Below, one piece after another: positions 51,162-60,392 of a stretch of DNA of 64,000 nt. Made by a program: the position numbers and the translations under genes. The stretch is taken from contig JBBRBD010000002.1 in assembly GCA_038206135.1 (NCBI GenBank), positions 66,896 through 130,895 of the forward strand. Direction: 5' to 3'. The notes beneath the pieces are model-generated. The model saw only the letters and a list, made by a program, of their open reading frames with translations, was not told the DNA's origin and made no database searches. The DNA comes from Patescibacteria group bacterium. GTDB lineage: Bacteria; Patescibacteriota; Microgenomatia; UBA8517. Position 1 is the stretch's first letter; each line of letters opens with the position of its first letter.

Positions 51162-51190
51162 AGTGTATCAAATAACATTCAAAATGTCAA
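51162..51190 (-). promoter_or_regulatory. sigma70 promoter for the structured RNA
   Basis: Minus strand TTGACA-17 nt-TACACT. Confidence 0.7.
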
Positions 51191-51202
51191 GTTATAGGAT
51201 GT

Positions 51203-53521
51203 TTAAGGAGATGGTGTTGGAGAAATGTTACTTTGAACAACTGGGTATGAAATGTTTGTCTGCGCCATTGGGAACGCACAATCTAAACATACTTTTGTTC
51301 CGAGTGGATCTGTAATTACTAAATGATTTTCTGTTTGTAAATTCTCTGGTGCAATGCCATCAGAAGTAGGAGCGTACAGGTTAGTTGATCGATCGAACGA
51401 TAAGTCTGTTCGAGTTGCGCCATCAGAAGGAACTGTATTGGCTAAATAATATTCATATCTTTGAGGACAGCCGTTACTCGCGTCATTCGGCAAATATCCA
51501 GTGTTTGCGCAAACCATACTTCCAACAATATCATCCGGTTGTTTGGGCCATGCCGGACCTTTGTCGTCTGTTGAATAAAAGCCTTTACCTGCTTTGTCTA
51601 AAACATTTTTCATGACAGAATTCCAAATAGGACTAGCTCCAGAAACACCAGAAACTGCACCACTCATTGCTGAGTTGTCATTGTTTCCCACCCAAACAGC
51701 CACAACTGCATACGGCGTAAATCCAATCGTCCAGTTGTCGCGCCTGTCATTTGTAGTACCTGTTTTGACTGATACTTCAGGGTGACCTGAAACGTTCAAA
51801 TAAGAGGTTGGTCCAAATGCTTCAGTTCGAGCATTGTTGTCTTGCAGCGCATGGCTAATTAAAAATGTTACATTTGGCTCTAAAATGCGCGGTCCGCTTA
51901 ACGGGTCGACATTGTTTTCATACAGGACTTTTCCTTTCCAGTCTTCAACTTTCTTAATTCCGTAGAGCGGTTGTCGAATACCTTCAGTTGCAAAAACGCC
52001 ATAGGCTTGTGCCATATCAAATGGTCGAACTTCGCCTCCACCGAGAGTAAGTGAGAGACCATAGTTTTTAGGGTCTTGAAGTGTCGTGAGTCCCATATCT
52101 CGTGCAAAACTAACGAAGTTTTCAAGACCGTTTAATGCAAGTATTCTCACTGCTGGAATATTAAATGAATTTCCCAGAGCGAATCGTGTTTGTGTCGCAC
52201 CGTGAAATGTACCATCATAATTTACTGGACAATATGGCGCTTGTCCCGTTACTCCAAAACAGGTGGGAATGTCTGCAAGTGGAGTAGAGAGCGTTATTTT
52301 TTTGTCACGCAGTGCGAGCACGTAATTTAATGGTTTTATAGATGATCCAGGTTGCCTATTAGCAAATATAATATTTACTTTGCCATCTTCGTCAGTTGCG
52401 AAATAGTCTTTTGATCCGACCATTGCCAAGATTTCACCAGTTTTTGGGTAGGTCACGATTGCGGCACCGTTTCCAACATGCTGTTTAGTAAGTTTTCCAA
52501 CTTCGCGTGCGACCGCTGCTTCTGCTGATGCTTGTAAGTCTAGATCAAGTGTTGTTGTAACTCTGAGGCCGCCTTGTTCAACAACCGTATCTCCATACAT
52601 AGTCGCAAGCTGATCTTTTATCCAAAGTGAAAAATGAGGAGCAACGAGTACGTTTGGTTTCGCAAAATTTAATTTTTCATTGTATGCATTATCTGATTCA
52701 TCCTGCGTTATATATTTGTCTTCCACCATACGTCTCAGTACCGTTTTTTGTCGCTCTTTTGCGAGTTCCGGGTTTGCTCCAAATGGTGAATACTTAGTAG
52801 GGGATGCAGTGAGACCTGATAGCAGTGCAGATTCAGCTAAATCTAAGTTGTGACTCGATTTTCCAAAATAAAGCTGACTGGCAGATTCAATTCCATATGC
52901 AGTAGAACCATATGGTATTTGATTCAAATAGAGCTCTAATATTTGGTCTTTTGAATAACGAGCTTCAACAAGTACTGACAAGAAAAACTCACGAAGTTTT
53001 CGTCTTACCGTTCGCTCTGGGGTAAGAAGTGCGCTTTTGACTAATTGCTGTGTAAGTGTTGAACCACCTTCAAGTTGCCGCTGGAAAACAGTTTTATATG
53101 CGGCACGCGCAATACCAGTTACTGAAAAACCACCGTGGTTATAAAAGTCCTTGTCTTCAATGGAGATGGTGGACTCTTTTAAGTAGACTGGAACATCTGC
53201 CAGTTTAACGGGAGTTCGCCTTTGGTCCGCATAAATTTCATAAATTAACTTTCCATTTCTATCGAGAAGCTTTGTTGAAACTGCTTGATTTTGAGATAAA
53301 TTGTCGGGAAGGGGAATTCCCCAAAGCACCCAGAAACCAAGTGCAACTGAAGCTATAATAATTAGTATTACCACGAAAATAGTTCTGCGTTTTGTAAATT
53401 TAAATGAGAAACGTCTTACTCTGTTACCATTTTTTATTTCAATACGGGCCGCTGTAGTTGGTGAGGTAGCTGTCACTTTTTTTTGCACCTTTACCTTTCT
53501 GACAGGCACTTTTTTCTTCAT
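51203..53521 (-). CDS. bifunctional class A PBP (PBP1A-like)
   Basis: EDKDFY.H, GGSTLTQQLVK, QPGSSIK, SFN, KTGT. Confidence 0.94.
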   Translation of the reverse strand: MKKKVPVRKVKVQKKVTATSPTTAARIEIKNGNRVRRFSFKFTKRRTIFVVILIIIASVALGFWVLWGIPLPDNLSQNQAVSTKLLDRNGKLIYEIYADQRRTPVKLADVPVYLKESTISIEDKDFYNHGGFSVTGIARAAYKTVFQRQLEGGSTLTQQLVKSALLTPERTVRRKLREFFLSVLVEARYSKDQILELYLNQIPYGSTAYGIESASQLYFGKSSHNLDLAESALLSGLTASPTKYSPFGANPELAKERQKTVLRRMVEDKYITQDESDNAYNEKLNFAKPNVLVAPHFSLWIKDQLATMYGDTVVEQGGLRVTTTLDLDLQASAEAAVAREVGKLTKQHVGNGAAIVTYPKTGEILAMVGSKDYFATDEDGKVNIIFANRQPGSSIKPLNYVLALRDKKITLSTPLADIPTCFGVTGQAPYCPVNYDGTFHGATQTRFALGNSFNIPAVRILALNGLENFVSFARDMGLTTLQDPKNYGLSLTLGGGEVRPFDMAQAYGVFATEGIRQPLYGIKKVEDWKGKVLYENNVDPLSGPRILEPNVTFLISHALQDNNARTEAFGPTSYLNVSGHPEVSVKTGTTNDRRDNWTIGFTPYAVVAVWVGNNDNSAMSGAVSGVSGASPIWNSVMKNVLDKAGKGFYSTDDKGPAWPKQPDDIVGSMVCANTGYLPNDASNGCPQRYEYYLANTVPSDGATRTDLSFDRSTNLYAPTSDGIAPENLQTENHLVITDPLGTKVCLDCAFPMAQTNISYPVVQSNISPTPSP

Positions 53522-53564
53522 GTAACAATTATACCGCAGATTCTTGTGTTACACTTGAAACACG

Positions 53565-54050
53565 ATGATAGACCTGACAAAACGCCCTTGGTGGGAATAT
53601 ATCGGCCGTGATTTACAGGAACTCATGCTTCAGAGTTTTGACTTATTACGCGTATCAAATACCTTAGATAGTTATCATGACTACTCTTTTATAGTGTTTC
53701 CAATGAGTAAAGCGTATGAGGGGTTTTTGAAAAAATTGTTTTTAGATATGAACTTTATTGATGAGGCAGAATATTTGGGAACTCGATTTCGTATTGGAAA
53801 AGCTTTAAATCCGAGCCTGGATCCCAAAGCGCGAGATGAACAGTGGGTGTATGGAAAACTTTCGAAATATTGTGGAGGGGAGGACCTCCCAAAACAGTTG
53901 TGGAACGCTTGGCGTGAATGTAGAAACCTCGTATTCCATTGGTTTCCTAAAGATGCACGAGATATTACCAGAGAAGAAGCTGGAGCAAAACTAGAACAGG
54001 TCGTTCTCGCAATAGATTCTGTGTTTAGAGAGTGTAAAATAAAAGTATGA
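53565..54050 (+). CDS. HEPN-like (RnlA-type) domain protein
   Basis: DYS...FP..KA.EG.LK and RNLVFH (RxxxxH). Confidence 0.55.
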   Translation: MIDLTKRPWWEYIGRDLQELMLQSFDLLRVSNTLDSYHDYSFIVFPMSKAYEGFLKKLFLDMNFIDEAEYLGTRFRIGKALNPSLDPKARDEQWVYGKLSKYCGGEDLPKQLWNAWRECRNLVFHWFPKDARDITREEAGAKLEQVVLAIDSVFRECKIKV

Positions 54051-54703
54051 AGGATTCAAAGATGCGTGCACTCCAGATTAAGCATGTTACGATCTTTTTG
54101 ACATACCTCCTCATTGTTTGGGGTTTTTATCGACTACTTTTCCAATTTCCAGATCCATTCGATGAACTTCTGGTAAAGCCAGTTATTTGGCTTATTCCAG
54201 TTTTTGTACTTCTTCACAAGGAACAGTTAACTTTTGAAAGTTTAGGGATTACCATGAAGAAATTATTTCCTTCAATTTATTTCGCTTTAGCGCTTGGCGC
54301 ACTGTTTGCCTTTGAAGGATTTTATATTAATCTTTTAAAGGGAAGTAGCACCTCTGCTCTTGGAGCAATAACGCCTATCGCTCTTTATTTGTCACTTGGA
54401 TTGTCATTTGTAACGGGTATCTCGGAAGAGATTGCGTTTAGAGGGTATGTTTTTAATCGACTTACTGGAATATTTAAAAATGAATGGACTGCAAATATTG
54501 TCTCTTCGCTTGCATGGACTGCCATACATCTCCCTCAAGTTGTCTTTGATTGGCACTTAAGTCTCTATGCCGGTAGTGTATATCTATTTCTTATATTCAT
54601 ATTCGGCTTTGGGGCAGCGTTCATTTTCTCAAGAACCAAAAATATTATTGCTCCAATTCTTCTTCACGTTATGTGGGCCTGGCCAATTTTGTTGTTTCGT
54701 TAA
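54047..54703 (+). CDS. CPBP (CAAX/Abi) intramembrane metalloprotease
   Basis: EE..FRG, W...H, H...W motifs. Confidence 0.88.
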   Translation: MKDSKMRALQIKHVTIFLTYLLIVWGFYRLLFQFPDPFDELLVKPVIWLIPVFVLLHKEQLTFESLGITMKKLFPSIYFALALGALFAFEGFYINLLKGSSTSALGAITPIALYLSLGLSFVTGISEEIAFRGYVFNRLTGIFKNEWTANIVSSLAWTAIHLPQVVFDWHLSLYAGSVYLFLIFIFGFGAAFIFSRTKNIIAPILLHVMWAWPILLFR

Positions 54704-54759
54704 TAGTATGGAGATTTGACTTCAGCGTGAGTCACGCACTATAGTAGTGACACTATATT

Positions 54760-55368
54760 ATGGCTTTTCGAATAATTTCTCGAGTTGCCGCAGTTTTTTT
54801 TGCCCTTTTAATTCTTGTAGCTTCCTTAATTGAAACATCTTCGATTAAGTATGCTTTTGGTGCACGTGATCTACAAGATCCTCGACCTTCTCCTCGGGTA
54901 AATGTTCCGTATTCACTACCGCATCCTGGGGAAATTTTACCTGGAAACCCATTTTGGACGGCTAAGGCATTTCAGGACAAAGTATCGCTAGAAATGACTT
55001 CAACGACGCTAGAAAAAGCAAAATTTGAACTTCACTTAAGTGACAAACGACTTTCCGCAGGATGGACTTTATGGCAAGAAGATAGTTCAACAGAGGCAAT
55101 CTCAACTTTTGACAAGGCAGAAAATTATTTATCACTTTCCTATGAAACGCTTTCTCAAAGTGATGATCCAAACAACAATGACTTGTTAAGGAAACTTGCA
55201 TATTCATCCCTTAAACATCGTGAAATACTTGAAAATGTTATGGGGGATTGTGGAGATGATGCACGTCCTACCGTTTCCAAGATGCTTAATACTTCAAAAA
55301 TGACCTTTGACAAAGTGAGTTCCCAAATGGAAAATTTGCATCTGAATCCTCCAGCAAATCCCTTCTGA
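54760..55368 (+). CDS. DUF5667-like exported protein
   Basis: ILPG.P.W..K...D...L......EKA...L..SDKRL. Confidence 0.7.
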   Translation: MAFRIISRVAAVFFALLILVASLIETSSIKYAFGARDLQDPRPSPRVNVPYSLPHPGEILPGNPFWTAKAFQDKVSLEMTSTTLEKAKFELHLSDKRLSAGWTLWQEDSSTEAISTFDKAENYLSLSYETLSQSDDPNNNDLLRKLAYSSLKHREILENVMGDCGDDARPTVSKMLNTSKMTFDKVSSQMENLHLNPPANPF

Positions 55369-55421
55369 TTCACTTGTGATACGATAATCGAGCTGTTTAT
55401 AACAAAAAGGAGTTTTTTTCT

Positions 55422-55814
55422 ATGGTTCGAATAGGAGATGGAATGTGGTCTCAGTATCGGGCGAGCTGTATATCGACAGCTGCTGTTGGGAAAGAAAACA
55501 TGCCTTACACGGAGATTCATGGAATACTAATGCCGCAGATACCAATTGTGAGAGGCAGCCTTGTTGTCGTATTTCTCACAATAGGAATCGACACTGAAAG
55601 TGATTTTCTGCTTTTTAGCCATTGGGTGCCTGATCCTGTTGCAAGAACATATGACACACAGCCACAAGAGCGTTTACTAAAAGCTCTCGACGATGCGCGG
55701 CGTGGCGTTGTGAATCTATCAATTCCAGCTCTCTATAATTTAAGTTGGCTTTTATCCATATTTAACATTTTGGAATTTGAAATAAAGGAAGGTGCAGGGA
55801 AGCGTCTTGTTTGA
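55422..55814 (+). CDS. hypothetical protein
   Basis: AAGGAG SD; followed by a terminator. Confidence 0.5.
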   Translation: MVRIGDGMWSQYRASCISTAAVGKENMPYTEIHGILMPQIPIVRGSLVVVFLTIGIDTESDFLLFSHWVPDPVARTYDTQPQERLLKALDDARRGVVNLSIPALYNLSWLLSIFNILEFEIKEGAGKRLV

Positions 55815-55825
55815 TATTGGAACGG

Positions 55826-55853
55826 GTGTGGCAAAAAAATTGCCACACTTTTT
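55826..55853 (+). terminator. intrinsic terminator
   Basis: GTGTGGCAA/TTGCCACAC stem followed by T5. Confidence 0.7.
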
Positions 55854-55861
55854 AGTGCATA

Positions 55862-55967
55862 AAGGAAACCCCGTACGTAAGTACGGGGATGAATTTTGCC
55901 TCCCTTTGCATGTTGCTTAAGCAACATGAGCCCCAAGGAAACCACGGACGTGAGTCCGTGGAGGTTC
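55862..55967 (+). mobile_element. miniature IS200/IS605-like element (two related end hairpins, no ORF)
   Basis: AAGGAAACCCCGTAC-GTAA-GTACGGGGA and AAGGAAACCACGGAC-GTGA-GTCCGTGGA with compensatory changes, flanking a third hairpin. Confidence 0.55.
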
Positions 55968-56058
55968 CTTTACCTTTCATACAATGAGGATTTAATTGCA
56001 TTATTTAAAATATAAGCACACAATACACCCCATAAGACATTAAAGGAGGTCTTTCCCG

Positions 56059-56475
56059 ATGACTTTATCGAAAGTGCCACGGGTACTTTTTGTATGTAGG
56101 GGAAACATGGAACGGAGCCAAATGGCTCAAGGGTATTATAACCACATATCGGGCACACAAAATGCAACAAGCGCTGGAGTAATTGATATTTCAGATTGGT
56201 ATCCACGTCCACCAGATTCTACGATTGCAATTATGAAGGACGAAGGTATTGATATTTCCAAACATTTTGTGAAGCAGATCAAGCCTGAAATGCTACTAGG
56301 AATCCATCGAATCTATGTTTTTTGTGAGCCTGAAACTTGCCCCTGGTTTCTCAGATTGAATGCTATTCAAGCGAGATATCATCATATTGATGACCCGTAC
56401 GAGCAGCCATTGCCTGTTGTTATTAAAATCAGGGACACAATTCACGAATTTGTGAATTCACTATTACTTAGCTAA
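56059..56475 (+). CDS. low-molecular-weight phosphatase / ArsC-family protein
   Basis: VLFVCRGNMERSQMA (CX5R), SAG, DP. Confidence 0.85.
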   Translation: MTLSKVPRVLFVCRGNMERSQMAQGYYNHISGTQNATSAGVIDISDWYPRPPDSTIAIMKDEGIDISKHFVKQIKPEMLLGIHRIYVFCEPETCPWFLRLNAIQARYHHIDDPYEQPLPVVIKIRDTIHEFVNSLLLS

Positions 56476-56482
56476 TACAACG

Positions 56483-56516
56483 AAACGCCTCAAGTTTTTG
56501 AGGTGTTTTTATTTTT
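56483..56516 (+). terminator. intrinsic terminator
   Basis: AAACGCCTCAA/TTGAGGTGTTT stem followed by T-rich tail. Confidence 0.6.
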
Positions 56517-56560
56517 AATAATTTAAAAAAAACCTGTCTTTATACTTCAATTTTGATATG

Positions 56561-56610
56561 TTGACAACACACATATAGTGGCGCATTATGAAACTTGCTA
56601 CTGCTGGTAG
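56561..56610 (+). promoter_or_regulatory. nrdR-nrdJ promoter with possible degenerate NrdR box
   Basis: TTGACA-17 nt-CATTAT; spacer ACACATATAGTG matches the 3' half of the NrdR box consensus. Confidence 0.4.
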
Positions 56611-56628
56611 CGTAAAAATGTTTCATTC

Positions 56629-57075
56629 ATGAAATGTCCGTTCTGTGGAAAAGTTGAAAATGAAGTTTTGGAAAGCAGGGTTATTGAAGAGGGAACCGGT
56701 GTTCGAAGACGAAGACGGTGTGTTTCGTGTAAGAAGCGATTTTCAACGGTTGAGCGAGTCAAAGAAACAACGATTTGGGTTGTAAAGAAAGATGGGAGAA
56801 GAGAACAGTTTAATCGTGAAAAAATTCGTAAAGGAATTATGCGGTCAGTTGAAAAACGACCAATTTCTTTGAGTTTAGTTGAAGACACCGTCAATAGAGT
56901 TGAGCAAGATATTTTGAAAAAACACGAACAGGAAGTTTCTTCGCATTTAATTGGAAGAACCATATTGAAGTATTTAAGAAAAGTTGATAAGGTAGCGTGG
57001 CTTAGGTTTGCGAGCGTTTATTTTCAGTTTGAGGATTTAACAGATTTTGAAAAGTTAATCGAAAAAACAAATTAG
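56629..57075 (+). CDS. nrdR: transcriptional repressor NrdR
   Basis: MKCPFC, RRRR.C..C..RF.T.E, ATP cone, RFASVY. Confidence 0.96.
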   Translation: MKCPFCGKVENEVLESRVIEEGTGVRRRRRCVSCKKRFSTVERVKETTIWVVKKDGRREQFNREKIRKGIMRSVEKRPISLSLVEDTVNRVEQDILKKHEQEVSSHLIGRTILKYLRKVDKVAWLRFASVYFQFEDLTDFEKLIEKTN

Positions 57076-57079
57076 ATTC

Positions 57080-59590
57080 ATGGCAAAGCAAAACAAACAG
57101 AATAAAGTAACAGGAGTTGATAAGAATACAAACGGAGAATTTATTGACCCACGAAAAAGCAAATTGTTCTATGTTCCCGAAAGCGAAATCTCCTCAAAAA
57201 CAGAGCTTACCGGATTGCAGCAGACAGTCTTCATGGATAGATATTCGCTGAAAGACAAAGATGGAGCTTCAATGGAAACTCATCCAGAACAAATGTGGAT
57301 GCGTGTTGCAAAGGGAATAGCCCAGTTTGAAAAAGAACAAGATCAATCTGAGTGGGAAGAAAAGTTTTATGATGTGATGAGAGACTTTAAGTTTGTGCCT
57401 GGTGGACGCATTTTATCTGGCGCAGGAACTGGGTACGAAGTTACTTTTTTTAACTGCTATGTTATTCCTTCCCCTTCAGACTCGAGAGGTGGAATTATGG
57501 AAAACATTACTCAAACTGTTGAGATTCAGTCTCGTGCGGGTGGTGTCGGGGTGAATTTAAGTTCATTGCGTCCAAGAGGCGCTCGAGTACGAAAAGTAAA
57601 CGGTACTTCAAGTGGGCCAGTCAATTGGGCTTCTCTATATTCGACAGCAAATCATGATGTGATTCAACAGGGTGGAAGCAGGCGAGGAGCTTTAATGCTC
57701 ATGCTAAATGATTGGCACCCAGACATTAAAGAGTTTATCAAAGTAAAAGAAGATCTCACTAAAATTCCAGGTGCAAATTTGTCAGTATGTGTATCTGATG
57801 AATTTATGGACGCTGTTAAAAACGACAAAGATTGGGATCTCGTTTTTCCTGATTTTGCAGCCGAGCCCGATTACGATGATATTTGGGATGGAGACATTGA
57901 TAAATGGCGTGAACTTGGCAAGAAAGTTGTGGTATATGAAACGGTGAAGGCGAAGGATATTTGGGATATGATTGCCGATGCTGCGTGGAGAAGTGCAGAG
58001 CCAGGACTTCACTTTATTACTCGCAGTAACAAACGAAGCAATACTTGGTATTTTGAAAAACTTATTGCAACAAACCCATGCGGTGAGCAACCACTTGGAG
58101 CATGGTCTGTATGTAACTTGGGGGCCATGAATTTAACCGCATATGTAAACAATGCTGAATTCGATTACGAATCCTTGGCTCAGGACGTACAAGTTGCGAT
58201 GCGGTTTATGGATAACGTCTGTGATGCAAATTTCTATTTTTATGAGCAAACATACGAGCGTCAAATGGATATCAGAAGAACTGGTCTTGGTACCATGGGT
58301 CTTGGAGACGCGCTAATTAAAATGGAGATTGCATATGGAAGCGACGAAAGTGTCAAAGTAATCGACAAAATTTATAAAACCATTAGAGACAACGCATATT
58401 TTGCTAGTAGTGAAATTGCAGGTGACAAAGGCAGTTTTAGAAAATATGATAAAGAAAAATATTTAGATGGATATTTTATAAAAAAACTCCCGAAATATAT
58501 TCGAGAAAATATTGCAAAAAAAGGAATTCGCAATGCAGTTCTTTTAACACAGGCGCCAACAGGCACAACTTCACTTTTATCAAATGTAAGTTCTGGAATT
58601 GAGCCAGTTTATAATTTTGAATATAAACGAAAGGATAGAACAGGAGAACACCTTGTGTATCACCCATTATTTGAAGAATGGAAGAAGAATCACCCTGATG
58701 AAAAGAAGCCAGAATATTTTGTATGTGCAATGGATTTATCACCTGAAGAACATTTGAAGGTGCAAGCTAAAGTTCAGGAATATACCGATTCTTCCATCAG
58801 TAAGACGGTGAATGCTCCAAACGATTACACGGCGGACGACGTAAAGCGTTTGTATACCAAGGCGTATGAAATGGGTTGTAAGGGAATTACTTTCTTTAGA
58901 GATGGCAGTAGAGCAGGTGTTTTGGAAAATGTTAAAGAAGAAAAAAAGGCTGAAGAGGGAAACACTGCAGCTTTTGGTGACTACTTAATGGAGAGACCAT
59001 TTATGGTAAAAGGTGCAACTTACAAAATGCATACTCCTGCAGGAAAAGCATTTATCACTATTAATGAAGACGAATCTGGTGAGCCGCTTGAGGTGTTTGT
59101 GAATGTGGGTAAAGCGGGAAGTGATGTTGGTGCTATTGCTGAAGCCATGGGTCGCATGATTTCAACAACTCTTAGGATGCGTGGTGCAGTTTCAGCAAAA
59201 AAGAGAGCACTCGAAATTAGTGAACAGTTGTCTGGAATTGGAGGAAGACGATCTGTCGGTTTTGGTGCAAATAGAATTATGAGTTTGCCGGATGCAATTG
59301 GAATTGCACTTGCCACTCATTATGGATTTCGTCAAAACTCAAATCTTTCAAACGCAAATGGTCACAGCAATGGAATAACAAATGGACATGCGGCAAAGGA
59401 AGCACAAACCTTGTTTTCGAAAGTCTCTGAAACAAATGACATTTCAGGAGGAGGGCTTCAAATGGCACAAGCAGAGCTCCCACTTATGGGGAAACAAAAA
59501 GCAGACCTTTGCCCAGAGTGTGGCGAACACACACTCATTTTTGAGGAAGGTTGCGCGAAGTGTTACACCTGTGGTCACAGTGAGTGTTAA
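57080..59590 (+). CDS. nrdJ: adenosylcobalamin-dependent (class II) ribonucleotide reductase
   Basis: NCYV, TNPCGEQ, CNLG, APTGT, FRDGSR, TSCPD-like domain, C-terminal CPEC..EGC..C..CG.S.C. Confidence 0.93.
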   Translation: MAKQNKQNKVTGVDKNTNGEFIDPRKSKLFYVPESEISSKTELTGLQQTVFMDRYSLKDKDGASMETHPEQMWMRVAKGIAQFEKEQDQSEWEEKFYDVMRDFKFVPGGRILSGAGTGYEVTFFNCYVIPSPSDSRGGIMENITQTVEIQSRAGGVGVNLSSLRPRGARVRKVNGTSSGPVNWASLYSTANHDVIQQGGSRRGALMLMLNDWHPDIKEFIKVKEDLTKIPGANLSVCVSDEFMDAVKNDKDWDLVFPDFAAEPDYDDIWDGDIDKWRELGKKVVVYETVKAKDIWDMIADAAWRSAEPGLHFITRSNKRSNTWYFEKLIATNPCGEQPLGAWSVCNLGAMNLTAYVNNAEFDYESLAQDVQVAMRFMDNVCDANFYFYEQTYERQMDIRRTGLGTMGLGDALIKMEIAYGSDESVKVIDKIYKTIRDNAYFASSEIAGDKGSFRKYDKEKYLDGYFIKKLPKYIRENIAKKGIRNAVLLTQAPTGTTSLLSNVSSGIEPVYNFEYKRKDRTGEHLVYHPLFEEWKKNHPDEKKPEYFVCAMDLSPEEHLKVQAKVQEYTDSSISKTVNAPNDYTADDVKRLYTKAYEMGCKGITFFRDGSRAGVLENVKEEKKAEEGNTAAFGDYLMERPFMVKGATYKMHTPAGKAFITINEDESGEPLEVFVNVGKAGSDVGAIAEAMGRMISTTLRMRGAVSAKKRALEISEQLSGIGGRRSVGFGANRIMSLPDAIGIALATHYGFRQNSNLSNANGHSNGITNGHAAKEAQTLFSKVSETNDISGGGLQMAQAELPLMGKQKADLCPECGEHTLIFEEGCAKCYTCGHSEC

Positions 59591-59615
59591 CTTTTAAAAA
59601 TATAACCTGTGGATG

Positions 59616-59804
59616 TTACTCCACAGGCTTATTACTTAGTACAACTCCAATTAGTAGTAAAAAAATCCCTAAAATCCCTATCAAAACAAAATTGTAATCT
59701 AAAACTTCAGGGTCAACCCCGACATTTACCCAGTACAAGCCTACGGCAAGCATTAGAAATACAACACCAGCTTCGGCAAAAGACTCTGAGAAGAATCGTT
59801 TCAT
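59616..59804 (-). CDS. small two-TM membrane protein
   Basis: AAGGAG SD; hydrophobic; hairpin CCTGTGGA/TCCACAGG at its 3' end. Confidence 0.55.
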   Translation of the reverse strand: MKRFFSESFAEAGVVFLMLAVGLYWVNVGVDPEVLDYNFVLIGILGIFLLLIGVVLSNKPVE

Positions 59805-59849
59805 TCTTATACTCCTTTAGGCTATTTAAAATATTATATACTGCAGGAA

Positions 59850-60392
59850 ATGATTTATACAAAAACAGGGGACAAAGGGAAGACCTCGCTTTTTGAACCA
59901 GATCCAAATAAACGAGTTCGCGTATCAAAGTCATCACTTCGCATAGAAGCAATTGGTGCAATCGATGAAGCAAACAGTTATTTAGGAATTGCGAATTTCC
60001 ACACTTCGAGCACGCAAACCAAGACATTTGTGAAAGCTATTCAGAAAAATTTATTTACTGTCGGAGCGATTCTTTCAAAAGCACAACTGAAAATAAATAA
60101 AGAAGATGTTATAGAGATCGAACGGAGAATTGACCGGATGGAGGAAAAACTCCCTCCGCTGCGAAACTTCGTAATGCCGGAAGGATCAGAATCCGCGGTT
60201 CACTTCATGTATGCCAGAAGTTTAATTCGAGCGGCCGAACGGCGGGTTGTTGCTGTATCAAAAAAAGAAACAATTTCAGCTGAAGTTTTGCAGTACTTAA
60301 ATCGACTGTCAGATTATTTGTTTGTGGTTTTCCGAGATGAGAATAAACGGGCAAAAGTAAGCGAAGAATTGTGGGTTGGGAAGAAACGCTAG
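59850..60392 (+). CDS. pduO: PduO-type cob(I)alamin adenosyltransferase
   Basis: IYTKTGDKGKT, G.IDEANS, R.AER, YLNRLSD. Confidence 0.93.
   Translation: MIYTKTGDKGKTSLFEPDPNKRVRVSKSSLRIEAIGAIDEANSYLGIANFHTSSTQTKTFVKAIQKNLFTVGAILSKAQLKINKEDVIEIERRIDRMEEKLPPLRNFVMPEGSESAVHFMYARSLIRAAERRVVAVSKKETISAEVLQYLNRLSDYLFVVFRDENKRAKVSEELWVGKKR

Noticed and set aside
51073-51315. 80-aa plus-strand ORF
   Set aside because: TTG start, overlaps the PBP 3' end antisense and the structured RNA, with no recognisable motifs.
54737-54758. NrdR-box-like palindrome CACTATAGTAGTG
   Set aside because: One base short of the consensus spacing and upstream of an unrelated gene; probably part of a -10 region.
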